The notes under the pieces were generated by a model. That model saw only the letters and a program-made list of their open reading frames with translations, did no database searches and was not told the DNA's origin. 64,000 nucleotides of DNA from Parcubacteria group bacterium (GTDB lineage Bacteria; Patescibacteriota; Minisyncoccia; Moranbacterales; UBA2206). Where the stretch lies: the NCBI GenBank assembly GCA_041664225.1, contig JBAYLE010000003.1, forward strand, positions 15,608 through 79,607. Reading direction: 5' to 3'. Position 1 is the stretch's first letter. Each line of letters opens with the position of its first letter. This document shows positions 8,474 through 16,954 of the stretch, in pieces. The position numbers were made by a program, and so were the translations under genes.

Positions 8474-8503
8474 GATAATAGCATGGCTAAAGGGTTTTGT
8501 CAA
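8474..8503 (-). promoter_or_regulatory. sigma70 promoter of the csp gene
   Basis: Minus strand TTGACA-17-TATTAT with extended -10 TG. Confidence 0.75.
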
Positions 8504-8548
8504 CCAAGATTCTCCCCGGTTTTTAATTTTGGCTTATCTTGGCTTATT

Positions 8549-9706
8549 TTAAACAAATTTACTCTGGATTGCCTCTTTATAGGTATCCAGAAGTATCTGA
8601 GTACAGATTTTATCGGTATATTTTTCACGCGCGATTTTTGCTGACATTTCGCCGAATTTTTTACGCAAATCAGCATCACTGATCAATTTATTTACTGCAC
8701 TGGCAAACTCATCTTCTTTTTCAGAAACCAAAAATCCATTTATATTGTTTTCAACCAGGTCGCAAATTCCGGTAGCATTGACCGCCACTACCGGCAACCC
8801 CATATACATCGCTTCCGTGATAATCATCCCCTGCGTTTCTGATTTGGAAGCATAGACAAAAATATCGCTAGCGGCATAATAATCTTTTACTTCTTCTTTT
8901 GGCACCTCGCCCGCAAAAACAACTTGCACCCCAACTCCTGCGTTCTCGGCCATTTTTTGCAGAGTGTTTTTCAAATATCCACCACCGATCGAAAGTATTT
9001 TTATGCCTTTATTTTTTTTGAGAAGCGGAATGATCGAACGGAATAAAAATTCAGTGTTTTTTTCACTGGTCAGCCGGCAATTGAGAAACAAGACTATTTC
9101 ATCATCTTTTATTCCAAACTTTTCTCTGATTTTTCCGCCATCAGCGTTTTTAAAGAGATCCTCCTCCACTCCGGTAGCGATAGCTTTTATTTTCGGATTA
9201 GTTACCCCCCATTTTTGAATAATCGGGATCACAGACTGTGTCGGTGTTATGACATAATCAGCCTTGTTGGCATAATTTCTCGCGTTTCTAATCGCCCACC
9301 ACGCCGCCAGCTTTTCCGGAATGATTGGAAAAAAATGAGCGTATTGATCATAGAGCGTATGCCAAGTGAAAACCAACGGGATTTTCTTTTTGCGCGCCCA
9401 CTTAGCCGCCGCCGCGCCCAAAAGATTGGGATGCTGAGAATGAATAATGTCCAGATCCAAATTAGCGATAATTTTATCTATTTTCCGCGAATACGGAACT
9501 GCCAGCGGAAATCTGAATTTAAATTCAATATCCATTGAGGGATAACGAAAAACATGCGGATTATTGTCCGCATAGCCTTTCCATTTTGAAGCAAAAACAA
9601 AAACCTCGTGCCCCATCTTTTCAAATTGAGCGCGAAAACTTTCAATGGAGCAAGTTACTCCATAAGGATTAGGAAGATAATTATTAGTAAAAATTCCTAT
9701 TTTCAT
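8549..9706 (-). CDS. GT4 glycosyltransferase, similar to 1,2-diacylglycerol glucosyltransferases
   Basis: MKIGIFTNNYLP..GV, HSQHP, TWHTLY, SKSETQGMIITEAM. Confidence 0.88.
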   Translation of the reverse strand: MKIGIFTNNYLPNPYGVTCSIESFRAQFEKMGHEVFVFASKWKGYADNNPHVFRYPSMDIEFKFRFPLAVPYSRKIDKIIANLDLDIIHSQHPNLLGAAAAKWARKKKIPLVFTWHTLYDQYAHFFPIIPEKLAAWWAIRNARNYANKADYVITPTQSVIPIIQKWGVTNPKIKAIATGVEEDLFKNADGGKIREKFGIKDDEIVLFLNCRLTSEKNTEFLFRSIIPLLKKNKGIKILSIGGGYLKNTLQKMAENAGVGVQVVFAGEVPKEEVKDYYAASDIFVYASKSETQGMIITEAMYMGLPVVAVNATGICDLVENNINGFLVSEKEDEFASAVNKLISDADLRKKFGEMSAKIAREKYTDKICTQILLDTYKEAIQSKFV

Positions 9707-10524
9707 AAGGAATTAATAAATTTGAGGATATCCTCAAATACATGTTCATTTTTAATATCAGAAATAAAAGTATGATAAGCCTGCTTAACATATTTTTTCT
9801 GTTTTCTTTCCGATCTCACGTCGGCATACATACACTCCAGGTTATCCTTGGTCGCTATATGATCGTGGGTAGACTGGATCATCAGGCAAGGCTGGATTAT
9901 TGTGGGTAAAGTTTCTCTGGTTTTTTTGATCAAATCAAAAGTTTCCAGGGCGCTATCAATCGGATATTTTTGATAGGAAATTAGGCGTGTAATGGTGGTT
10001 GAGAGCCCAAAAGTCGGCGGATAAAATTTTCGGTGATATTTTCCGAAAAGTTTCATTATTTTTGCCACTGCCACTGACGCCGTTTCATATTTTATTTTAT
10101 ACGGCATCGCCATCAGAACTAGACCGGCTACGTCATTGCTTCCAACCGAAAAATGCACCGCCAAGTTAGCGCCAATCGATGTCCCTCCGATAAAAACTTC
10201 TTCGCAATTTTTTTTCAATTCTTGATGGGCTGCCTTCACATCATCAAGCCAGTCTGCCCACTTCACGCCTTCCAGGTCTTCTGGTTTCATACCATGGCCT
10301 TTCAACATCGGACCATAAACTGTGTATCCGTTTTCATTCAGATACTTTCCTAGGCGCCTAACTTCATACGCCGTTGAAGTCCAGCCGTGCAACAAAAGCA
10401 CGCCTTTGCCGTTCGTGCCCTTGAAGTAGAAAGGCTGGTTGATCAGCGACCTTTCTTCCGCGTAAAGCAGATTTGGATCGGCGAATAATATGCTTTTTAC
10501 TGATTTTAAAAGTCTTTTTACCAT
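9703..10524 (-). CDS. Alpha/beta-hydrolase carboxylesterase (Est30/monoacylglycerol lipase-like)
   Basis: PFYFKG..GVLLLHGWT, GHG, nucleophile elbow GTSIG, catalytic Asp and His near the C-terminus. Confidence 0.88.
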   Translation of the reverse strand: MVKRLLKSVKSILFADPNLLYAEERSLINQPFYFKGTNGKGVLLLHGWTSTAYEVRRLGKYLNENGYTVYGPMLKGHGMKPEDLEGVKWADWLDDVKAAHQELKKNCEEVFIGGTSIGANLAVHFSVGSNDVAGLVLMAMPYKIKYETASVAVAKIMKLFGKYHRKFYPPTFGLSTTITRLISYQKYPIDSALETFDLIKKTRETLPTIIQPCLMIQSTHDHIATKDNLECMYADVRSERKQKKYVKQAYHTFISDIKNEHVFEDILKFINSL

Positions 10525-10677
10525 AGTTAAAATCTTATCACTTATTGCCGTATTTGCATAGATTCACACAAAAAGCGTATCCATTACAAAACAGCAAACT
10601 CGGATCTGGCTATTGATTTATTTTGAGTTTATGTTATGCTTTCTACTGTTATTCGGAAATTGAAAATTACTGCAAAT

Positions 10678-10752
10678 GGCGCCATCGTCTAGTGGTTAGG
10701 ACACCAGGTTTTCATCCTGGTAACAGGGGTCCGATTCCCCTTGGCGCTACCA
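10678..10752 (+). tRNA. tRNA-Glu(TTC)
   Basis: Acceptor GGCGCCA/TGGCGCT, anticodon arm CCAGG-TTTTCAT-CCTGG, encoded CCA; T-loop is TCCGATT. Confidence 0.93.
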
Positions 10753-10755
10753 AAG

Positions 10756-10785
10756 AAAAAATTCAGGCCTAAGCCTGGATTTTTT
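10756..10785 (+). terminator. Terminator after tRNA-Glu
   Basis: ATTCAGGC-CTAA-GCCTGGAT followed by TTTTT. Confidence 0.75.
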
Positions 10786-10793
10786 GTTTGTTA

Positions 10794-10956
10794 TGGCGCC
10801 GGGGAATCGGACGGGCAGAAGCGAGACCAGTCGTCTCGACGCAGGCGAACGCCGACAAATTCGAGCGAGCGAGCCTGCCTGCCGGTAGGCAGGGATTTGG
10901 CGCTGCCCAGGACAAGGAGTCCGCCGCGAACTACGCGGAATTCCCCTTGGCGCTAC
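10794..10956. mobile_element. GC-rich multi-stem element bounded by inverted and direct copies of the tRNA-Glu 3' end
   Basis: 17-nt direct repeat (10734-10750 = 10940-10956), an antisense copy at 10794-10812, nested internal stems, and a CCTGCCTGCCGGTAGGCAGG palindrome at 10874-10893. Confidence 0.65.
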
Positions 10957-11052
10957 AAATTTTATTGAGAGAATCAGCGCAGTTTTTTCAGCTAGAGACT
11001 AAACTGTGCTATAATTAAAAAAGACAAACTCCTAAAAAATTATCAAAAAAAT

Positions 11053-11361
11053 ATGGCAAAACAAAATTGCTGGGAATTTAAAAAATGTGGACGCTACCCT
11101 GGCGGAGAAAACGAAAAAGAGCTGGGTGTTTGCCCGGTAAGCACAGAGCCCAGAACTGATGGAATACATGGCGGCATGAACGCTGGGCGGGTATGCTGGC
11201 TGATTGCTGGGACATTGTGCAAGGGCAATATTCAAGGTACATTCGCGCAGAAACTTGGCAACTGTATGACTGATTGTGAGTTCTACAAAAAAGTAAAAAC
11301 GGATGAGGGCGAAAATTTCGAATTCAGTGGTAATGTACTAAGGAAATTGCAGCCAAAATAA
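11053..11361 (+). CDS. Two-CW-domain Cys-rich small protein
   Basis: NCWEFKKCGR..CP..GG.NAGRVCW..GTLC..QGTF..K..C..CEFY pattern. Confidence 0.8.
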   Translation: MAKQNCWEFKKCGRYPGGENEKELGVCPVSTEPRTDGIHGGMNAGRVCWLIAGTLCKGNIQGTFAQKLGNCMTDCEFYKKVKTDEGENFEFSGNVLRKLQPK

Positions 11362-11382
11362 ACATCCTGATATCAACAACTT

Positions 11383-11410
11383 AAAAAAACTCCCGATCGG
11401 GAGTTTTTTG
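11383..11410. terminator. Bidirectional terminator
   Basis: AAAAAAACTCCCGATCGGGAGTTTTTT between convergent genes. Confidence 0.8.
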
Positions 11411-11428
11411 ATTCAGCGAAACAAGCTA

Positions 11429-12136
11429 TTATTTTTCTGTACAACAACTTATGTTTTCCGCGTGGAAATAAAGTGAATCATTTGAGTCCTGCTTTCCAAC
11501 TGCCCGTAAAAATTTTCCAACCGCATAATCCGGAACATATGGAAAAACTTTGTCATCGCCTAAGCCAACTTTCACTAATCTTCCATTTTCTTCTTGAATT
11601 ACAACCTCATTATTGGTCACACTCATAATTTCCCCCATCACCGCCATTTCTTCAGGCATGACCCGGTTAGTATAGAGTCCATTTATCAACTGTTCTCCCC
11701 CCATAACCGCGAAAAAGGAGCCCAAAAAGACAATTGCTACCAAAAGAGCCGTGGCCGGAATATTAAAAGAATGTCTAATTCCCAAAGAAAAATTAAGCTT
11801 GTGTACGACATAGCTCCCCAGTATTAAAGTGATCAGAAAAAGTGCCAAGTAATCATAAGGAAAGGAAAGCAAAAAAACCTTGAGACCTGGAACGCCCAGC
11901 TTCAGAAAATTAAGGGCACCCGTTTTTTTGAAAACATACAAAATAACTGACACTGCCAGCGCCCCGCCCAATATAGCCAGCATCAAAATGCTTTCCAACC
12001 CTGCTTTTTCAGCCACAAAAAAAAGCGGGCTTCTCATTTTTATGCGCTTTTTTTTGATCTGATTCATCACCCTGTTCCTCATATCCACTCCGCTCTGCGC
12101 GCTCTGGATCAAATTTTTGTCAAAGCCTCCTTCCAT
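11429..12136 (-). CDS. Multi-TM membrane protein with a C-terminal OB-fold-like domain; candidate anti-sigma factor
   Basis: Start overlaps the ECF sigma stop; 3-4 hydrophobic helices; beta-rich C-terminus. Confidence 0.65.
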   Translation of the reverse strand: MEGGFDKNLIQSAQSGVDMRNRVMNQIKKKRIKMRSPLFFVAEKAGLESILMLAILGGALAVSVILYVFKKTGALNFLKLGVPGLKVFLLSFPYDYLALFLITLILGSYVVHKLNFSLGIRHSFNIPATALLVAIVFLGSFFAVMGGEQLINGLYTNRVMPEEMAVMGEIMSVTNNEVVIQEENGRLVKVGLGDDKVFPYVPDYAVGKFLRAVGKQDSNDSLYFHAENISCCTEK

Positions 12137-12771
12137 TATTTTTTCCTCTGAGTATTCTGGATTTTTTTTAGTTTTTCCATTTCCTCAGACAATTTCTTTT
12201 TAGCCCTATTAATTAAAGTGCCGACCGTATTCACTGGTTTGCCCAAAATTTCACCTACTTCTTCATAAGACTTGTCTGAGAAATATCGGAGTAACAGAAC
12301 TTGTTTGTATTTTATTGGCAATCCATTGATGGCCTGGTCAACATCATCGATCGCTTCTTTTCTGATCCAGGCGTCATCTGCCCCGTCCTCTGTGCTGCTG
12401 CTTTCCAGCTTATCTTTGGTTGAACTGATATCTTCCCACGAAATAAAGCGCTTCAGTGATTTACGCTTGATATAATTCACGGCTTCATTGTGGGCAATAC
12501 GATAGATCCACGAAGAAAATTTACGGCTGGAATCGTAGCTGTGCAAATTTTTATATGCCTTGATAAAGACGTCCTGCAACAAATCCTCAGCCTCTTCTCG
12601 GTTTCCAACGAGCCTATATAGATAGGCAAAAAGTTTTCCTTGATATCTCTCAATTATTTCAGCATATCTTTCAGGCTCCGTTTCGCGAACTAAATCAATA
12701 AGCTCATTATCATTCAAGATTTGGCCTTGTTTGGTGGCTTTTTTAATGTCTAGACTTTGTTTTCCAGTCAT
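12136..12771 (-). CDS. ECF sigma-70 factor (SigW/RpoE-like)
   Basis: EAEDLLQDVFIKAY, FSSWIYRIAHN, region 4 SYEEVGEILGKPVNTVGTLINRAKKKL. Confidence 0.93.
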   Translation of the reverse strand: MTGKQSLDIKKATKQGQILNDNELIDLVRETEPERYAEIIERYQGKLFAYLYRLVGNREEAEDLLQDVFIKAYKNLHSYDSSRKFSSWIYRIAHNEAVNYIKRKSLKRFISWEDISSTKDKLESSSTEDGADDAWIRKEAIDDVDQAINGLPIKYKQVLLLRYFSDKSYEEVGEILGKPVNTVGTLINRAKKKLSEEMEKLKKIQNTQRKK

Positions 12772-12921
12772 TAGTATTACTTTAAAGATAAACCTTTATT
12801 TCACGCCAGAAACTTTCGGGATAGGCTCTAAATTGCCAAATATCCAATATGTCTATAGTATAATAGTAACACACGATACTAATACATAAGCCCAAGGAAG
12901 TCAAGTCTCTTGTATACTTTT

Positions 12922-14025
12922 ATGATAATTTTAGGAATTGAAACTTCATGCGACGAAACCGCTGCTTCGGTAGTCAAGGCCGGCAAAAATGTCAAAATTT
13001 TGTCAAACATCGTATCGTCTCAAGTCAAACTGCATGCTAAGTGGGGCGGCGTAGTGCCCAATCTGGCAGCCAGAGAACATTTGAAAAATATTTTACCCGT
13101 AATCGAAATAAGCCTCGAAGAAGCTTCTGTAAAAATTAAAGATATTGATCTGATTGCTGTTACCAATGGACCAGGTCTGATTCCAGCCTTGCTCATCGGC
13201 ACCAATACAGCCAAGGCGCTCGCTTATGCCTGGGAAAAACCCTTGATTGGAGTGCATCATATTGAGGGACACATCTACGCTAATTTTATCGGGGATAAAA
13301 TTAGCGCAAGTTCAAAGTTCAAAGTTCAAAGTTCAAGGTTCCCGATTTTATGTTTGGTTGTTTCCGGCGGGCACACGCAATTAGTCCTAATGAAAGATCA
13401 TTTGAAATATAAAATTATCGGACAAACCTTGGATGATGCTGCCGGTGAAGCTTTTGATAAGGTTGCACGAATTCTAGGACTCGGTTATCCTGGAGGACCG
13501 GCCATTGCCGAGGCGGCGATGAAGTCAAAAATTAAAAGTGAAAAACTCAAAGTTCAAGGTTCAGCTTTCTTCCTTCCACGGCCAATGATTAATTCAAAAA
13601 ATCTCGATTTCTCTTTTTCCGGACTGAAAACTGCCGTTCTTTACACGGTCAAAAAAAATCCAGAGATATTGAGAAATAAAAAAATGCTAATTGATTTATG
13701 TTCCGAGTTTCAGCAGGCCGTTATCGATGTTTTGATTCATAAGACCCTGGCCGCCGCTGAAAAATACAATCCCAAAATGATAATGCTGGCGGGCGGCGTT
13801 TCTGCCAATGAAGAATTGCGCGATCAATTAAGCGCTTCTTTGAAAAAACATTTTCCAAATACAAAATACCGCATCCCCGAAACTAGATACAGTCTCGACA
13901 ATGCCGCCATGATAGCCAGCGCCGGATTTTTCCGCTGGCAAAAAATGAACAAGACTGAGCGAGAGAGCACTAGTTCAAATTGGAAAATATTAGAAACGGA
14001 TGCTAATTTAAAATTAAAACAATAA
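12922..14025 (+). CDS. tsaD: tRNA N6-adenosine threonylcarbamoyltransferase TsaD, with low-complexity insertions
   Basis: ILGIETSCDETA, GGVVP, HHIEGH, VSGGHT, DDAAGEAFDK, FSFSGLKT, GGVSAN, DNAAMI. Confidence 0.97.
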   Translation: MIILGIETSCDETAASVVKAGKNVKILSNIVSSQVKLHAKWGGVVPNLAAREHLKNILPVIEISLEEASVKIKDIDLIAVTNGPGLIPALLIGTNTAKALAYAWEKPLIGVHHIEGHIYANFIGDKISASSKFKVQSSRFPILCLVVSGGHTQLVLMKDHLKYKIIGQTLDDAAGEAFDKVARILGLGYPGGPAIAEAAMKSKIKSEKLKVQGSAFFLPRPMINSKNLDFSFSGLKTAVLYTVKKNPEILRNKKMLIDLCSEFQQAVIDVLIHKTLAAAEKYNPKMIMLAGGVSANEELRDQLSASLKKHFPNTKYRIPETRYSLDNAAMIASAGFFRWQKMNKTERESTSSNWKILETDANLKLKQ

Positions 14026-14043
14026 AATCCTGGGTATTCACTA

Positions 14044-14631
14044 ATGAATAACGCGATAAAAATTAAACTGCTGCTCTTCGGCGTCATTGCCGCTTTCGGA
14101 TCACTGTTTTTTGAATTGGCCGTTTCTATTTTTTTCCCGGGGGAAACTGCGTTTTTATTTGATCAGATCACCCTCCTATTGATCTTTTTCGTAATCATTG
14201 AAGAATTAATCAAATTTTTTGTGATTTGGAAATCCGTCTCATTTTTTCAAAACGCGCGTGATTTTTTTCTCGGCGCCTGCCTGATCGGATTTGGTTTTTC
14301 TCTTACCGAGATTATTTTTGCCAGCCTCAATGTCGCTGGCGGACAGCATGCAACCTGGCTTCCGTTTTTAGGAATTTTTGTTGTCCATACTTCTACCTGT
14401 GTCATTTTGGGATACGGAATATATCTGAAAAAAAGAAGTACTATAATTATCCCCCTGGTTTCCATCCTGATTGTTTTTCTTTTGCATCTAATTTACAATA
14501 TTCTGGTCATCTACGGTACGGGTGCCTCCATCATTCTATCTTACCTTTGCATACTTTTTATTTTATCCATTGCTGTTGGAAAAAAACTGCAAAAACAGCA
14601 GGGCCTAAAAAACAATTTGCCAAAAATATAA
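14044..14631 (+). CDS. PrsW-family intramembrane metalloprotease
   Basis: IEELIK (EExxK), GFGFSLTE, conserved His and H..YN in TM helices. Confidence 0.75.
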   Translation: MNNAIKIKLLLFGVIAAFGSLFFELAVSIFFPGETAFLFDQITLLLIFFVIIEELIKFFVIWKSVSFFQNARDFFLGACLIGFGFSLTEIIFASLNVAGGQHATWLPFLGIFVVHTSTCVILGYGIYLKKRSTIIIPLVSILIVFLLHLIYNILVIYGTGASIILSYLCILFILSIAVGKKLQKQQGLKNNLPKI

Positions 14632-14679
14632 ACTTAAATTATACTAAAAACAGCTAAGTCTAACTTTTTTTATAATGCT

Positions 14680-15213
14680 ATGGTTAAAGTAAAAAGGTCT
14701 TTTTTGGAAAAACTGACTGGTTCGCGCAGAATCGAGCCGGGAGAGTACGAAGAAGAAAGGAGAAGCACGCCAATTATGCCAATAACTAATATTTATGAGG
14801 AAGAAGAAACTGAACTGCTAACCACTTCTTCCCCAACAAGAAAAAATATGATAGAAGAAAACTTTTCATCCGGCGATAACAGCGAGGGACAGCTGACAAT
14901 CGACGTGTACCAGACCGACAATGACATCGTCATCAAGTCCACCATTGCCGGCGTAAAACCGGAAGATCTGGATGTCAGTATCAACAATGACATGATCACC
15001 ATCCGCGGCGAAAGAAAAAATGAAGAAAGTGTAGGAGAAGAAAACTATTACTACCAGGAATGTTACTGGGGACCATTTTCCCGTTCTGTGATCCTGCCCG
15101 TTGATGTGTTGGGAGAAAAAGCAGAAGCTTCCATGAAAAATGGTATTTTCACATTAAGATTGCCGAAAGCTGATACGACTAAAACTAAAAAAATCCAGGT
15201 GCGCGGTTTCTAA
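14680..15213 (+). CDS. Hsp20/alpha-crystallin small heat-shock protein
   Basis: IDVYQT, AGVKPEDLDV, ITIRGER, ECYWGPFSRSVILP, A.MKNG. Confidence 0.93.
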   Translation: MVKVKRSFLEKLTGSRRIEPGEYEEERRSTPIMPITNIYEEEETELLTTSSPTRKNMIEENFSSGDNSEGQLTIDVYQTDNDIVIKSTIAGVKPEDLDVSINNDMITIRGERKNEESVGEENYYYQECYWGPFSRSVILPVDVLGEKAEASMKNGIFTLRLPKADTTKTKKIQVRGF

Positions 15214-15225
15214 TGCGATATTTCT

Positions 15226-15251
15226 AAAAGCCCCTTCTGAGGGGCTTTTTG
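15226..15251 (+). terminator. Intrinsic terminator
   Basis: AAAAGCCCCT-TCTG-AGGGGCTTTTT. Confidence 0.8.
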
Positions 15252-15300
15252 TATTAAAAAATTTGTTGATTTTAAGCTTATTTTGAGTTATTCTTAGTAT

Positions 15301-16614
15301 ATGCGTAAAAACAAGGTTGAAAAAATATTCTATATTTTTGTTTTTAGCCTGCTCTATTTTGTGCCGAGCAATTTCGCTTTGGCTGAAAACATAAACTTAG
15401 GATCTTTTGACCAACAAACCGCCAATGAAAAATTTTTGAAAGACATTTCGCTTAAGGTTGACGATTCTTCCTATAATTTGTCCGCCGAGGAAATAAAGAA
15501 ATTTATCCAAGAAAGTGAAACTCTGACTTATAGCCCCAGCTACCGATCTGAAATTGAAAATACTAATTTTTGCGCCTACCAAAAATCGATTATCTGCAAT
15601 TTACTTTTTAGCGCTACCGATGCGATCCATATCCAAAAAATTTCCAGTGTTTATCTCGATGAAAGCGCTATCTCCCAGTATCTTGATGATTTTGCTCTTG
15701 AGGTCAACAAAGATCCGGAAAATGCCAAACTTCAGGCTGACGACGGTAAGGTATCAGTTTTTGCTTTGAGCCGTGACGGAATTCAATTAGACAAAGAAAA
15801 AAGCCTGCAAATCATCGATGATTATTTCAAAGGACCCAGCAAAACAAATGAGGTTTCTTTGGCCTACAAGGTAATAAAGCCGGAAATTTCTACTGATTCC
15901 ATCGAAAATCTTGGAATTACAGCGCTTATCGGCGAGGGCACTTCCAATTTCGCCGGCTCCCCTAAAAATAGAATCCACAATATCACTGTCGGAACTAAAA
16001 GATTTAATGGGGTGCTGATCAAGCCGGGTGAAGAATTTTCTTTCATAAAAGCACTCGGCCCGGTCGATGAGTCAACGGGATACCTACCTGAGTTGGTTAT
16101 AAAACAAGACAAAACCGAGCCTGATTATGGCGGCGGCATGTGCCAGGTTTCCACCACCGCTTTCCGCGCCGCCATCATGAGCGGACTCAAAATCACCGCC
16201 CGCACTCCGCATGCCTACCCGGTTTCTTATTACAATCCGCAAGGCATGGACGCAACTGTTTTTATTCCTAATCCAGACTTGAAATTCCTCAACAACACGC
16301 CGGGATATATCTTGATGCAAACAAAAATTGAAGGCACTAAATTAATTTTTGATTTTTATGGCACTTCCGACGGACGAAAAATAAATATCACCGGACCGAC
16401 AATTACTGAAAGAAATCCTGATGGTTCGATGAAGGCCACTTTTACGCAAGAAGTTTTAGACAAAGACGGCAATCAAATTTTGCATAACGTTTTTAATAGC
16501 AGCTACGACTCGCCAAGTAAATACCCCCACCCCGGCGAAGAAATCTTCAAAGAAAAGCCCAAGGATTGGTCCAAAAAGCAATGGGAAGCATACAAGAAGC
16601 TGCATAATTTGTGA
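15301..16614 (+). CDS. VanW family protein with a putative peptidoglycan-binding region
   Basis: N-terminal signal peptide, R.HNI, IKPGEEFSF, GGGMCQVSTTAFRAA, G.DATV, DLKF.N. Confidence 0.9.
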   Translation: MRKNKVEKIFYIFVFSLLYFVPSNFALAENINLGSFDQQTANEKFLKDISLKVDDSSYNLSAEEIKKFIQESETLTYSPSYRSEIENTNFCAYQKSIICNLLFSATDAIHIQKISSVYLDESAISQYLDDFALEVNKDPENAKLQADDGKVSVFALSRDGIQLDKEKSLQIIDDYFKGPSKTNEVSLAYKVIKPEISTDSIENLGITALIGEGTSNFAGSPKNRIHNITVGTKRFNGVLIKPGEEFSFIKALGPVDESTGYLPELVIKQDKTEPDYGGGMCQVSTTAFRAAIMSGLKITARTPHAYPVSYYNPQGMDATVFIPNPDLKFLNNTPGYILMQTKIEGTKLIFDFYGTSDGRKINITGPTITERNPDGSMKATFTQEVLDKDGNQILHNVFNSSYDSPSKYPHPGEEIFKEKPKDWSKKQWEAYKKLHNL

Positions 16615-16686
16615 TGAGTGATTGACTTTTAGTCTTTTTTAAAATAGAATAGATTTGTTGCCTTTCGGGCAATTTTATATTAATAT

Positions 16687-16777
16687 GCGTAGCGCAGGAA
16701 AGGGGTCGGGAAAACGTGAGTTTTCCCGTAGTGGAAATATAAAACCGCAAGGTTTTAAGGAGGAACGAAGCGACGAC
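16687..16777 (+). other. Structured element abutting the 5' end of tRNA-Arg(TCT)
   Basis: Hairpins CGGGAAAAC-GTGA-GTTTTCCCG and AAAACC-GCAA-GGTTTT (GNRA loops), plus CGAAGCGAC; lies downstream of a TTGCCT-17-TAATAT promoter. Confidence 0.55.
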
Positions 16778-16850
16778 GCGCTGGTAGCTCAGTGGATAGA
16801 GCAGTAGCCTTCTAAGCTATTGGTCGCAGGTCCGATTCCTGCCCAGCGCA
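16778..16850 (+). tRNA. tRNA-Arg(TCT)
   Basis: GCGCTGG/CCAGCGC, anticodon arm GTAGC-CTTCTAA-GCTAT; T-loop TCCGATT. Confidence 0.92.
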
Positions 16851-16854
16851 CAGG

Positions 16855-16949
16855 AAAAGTGAAAAGTTCATAAAGTCTATAGAGTTCATAAAGTTGAAAT
16901 TCACTATTGCTTATTCCTTTTAACTTTAAAACTTTACAAACTTGTAACT
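16855..16949. repeat. Inverted short-repeat array (AAAGTT.. arm / ..AACTTT arm)
   Basis: TAAAGTTCA-like units followed by AACTTT units. Confidence 0.7.
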
Positions 16950-16954
16950 CGATT

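Noticed and set aside
10741-11018. 75-76-aa ORFs over the tRNA-Glu downstream element
   Set aside because: These are by-products of GC-rich palindromic sequence, with TTG starts inside the tRNA or terminator and no protein-like features.
10940-11410. Prophage or genomic island integrated at tRNA-Glu
   Set aside because: The direct repeats enclose only ~190 bp, and there is no integrase or phage gene nearby.
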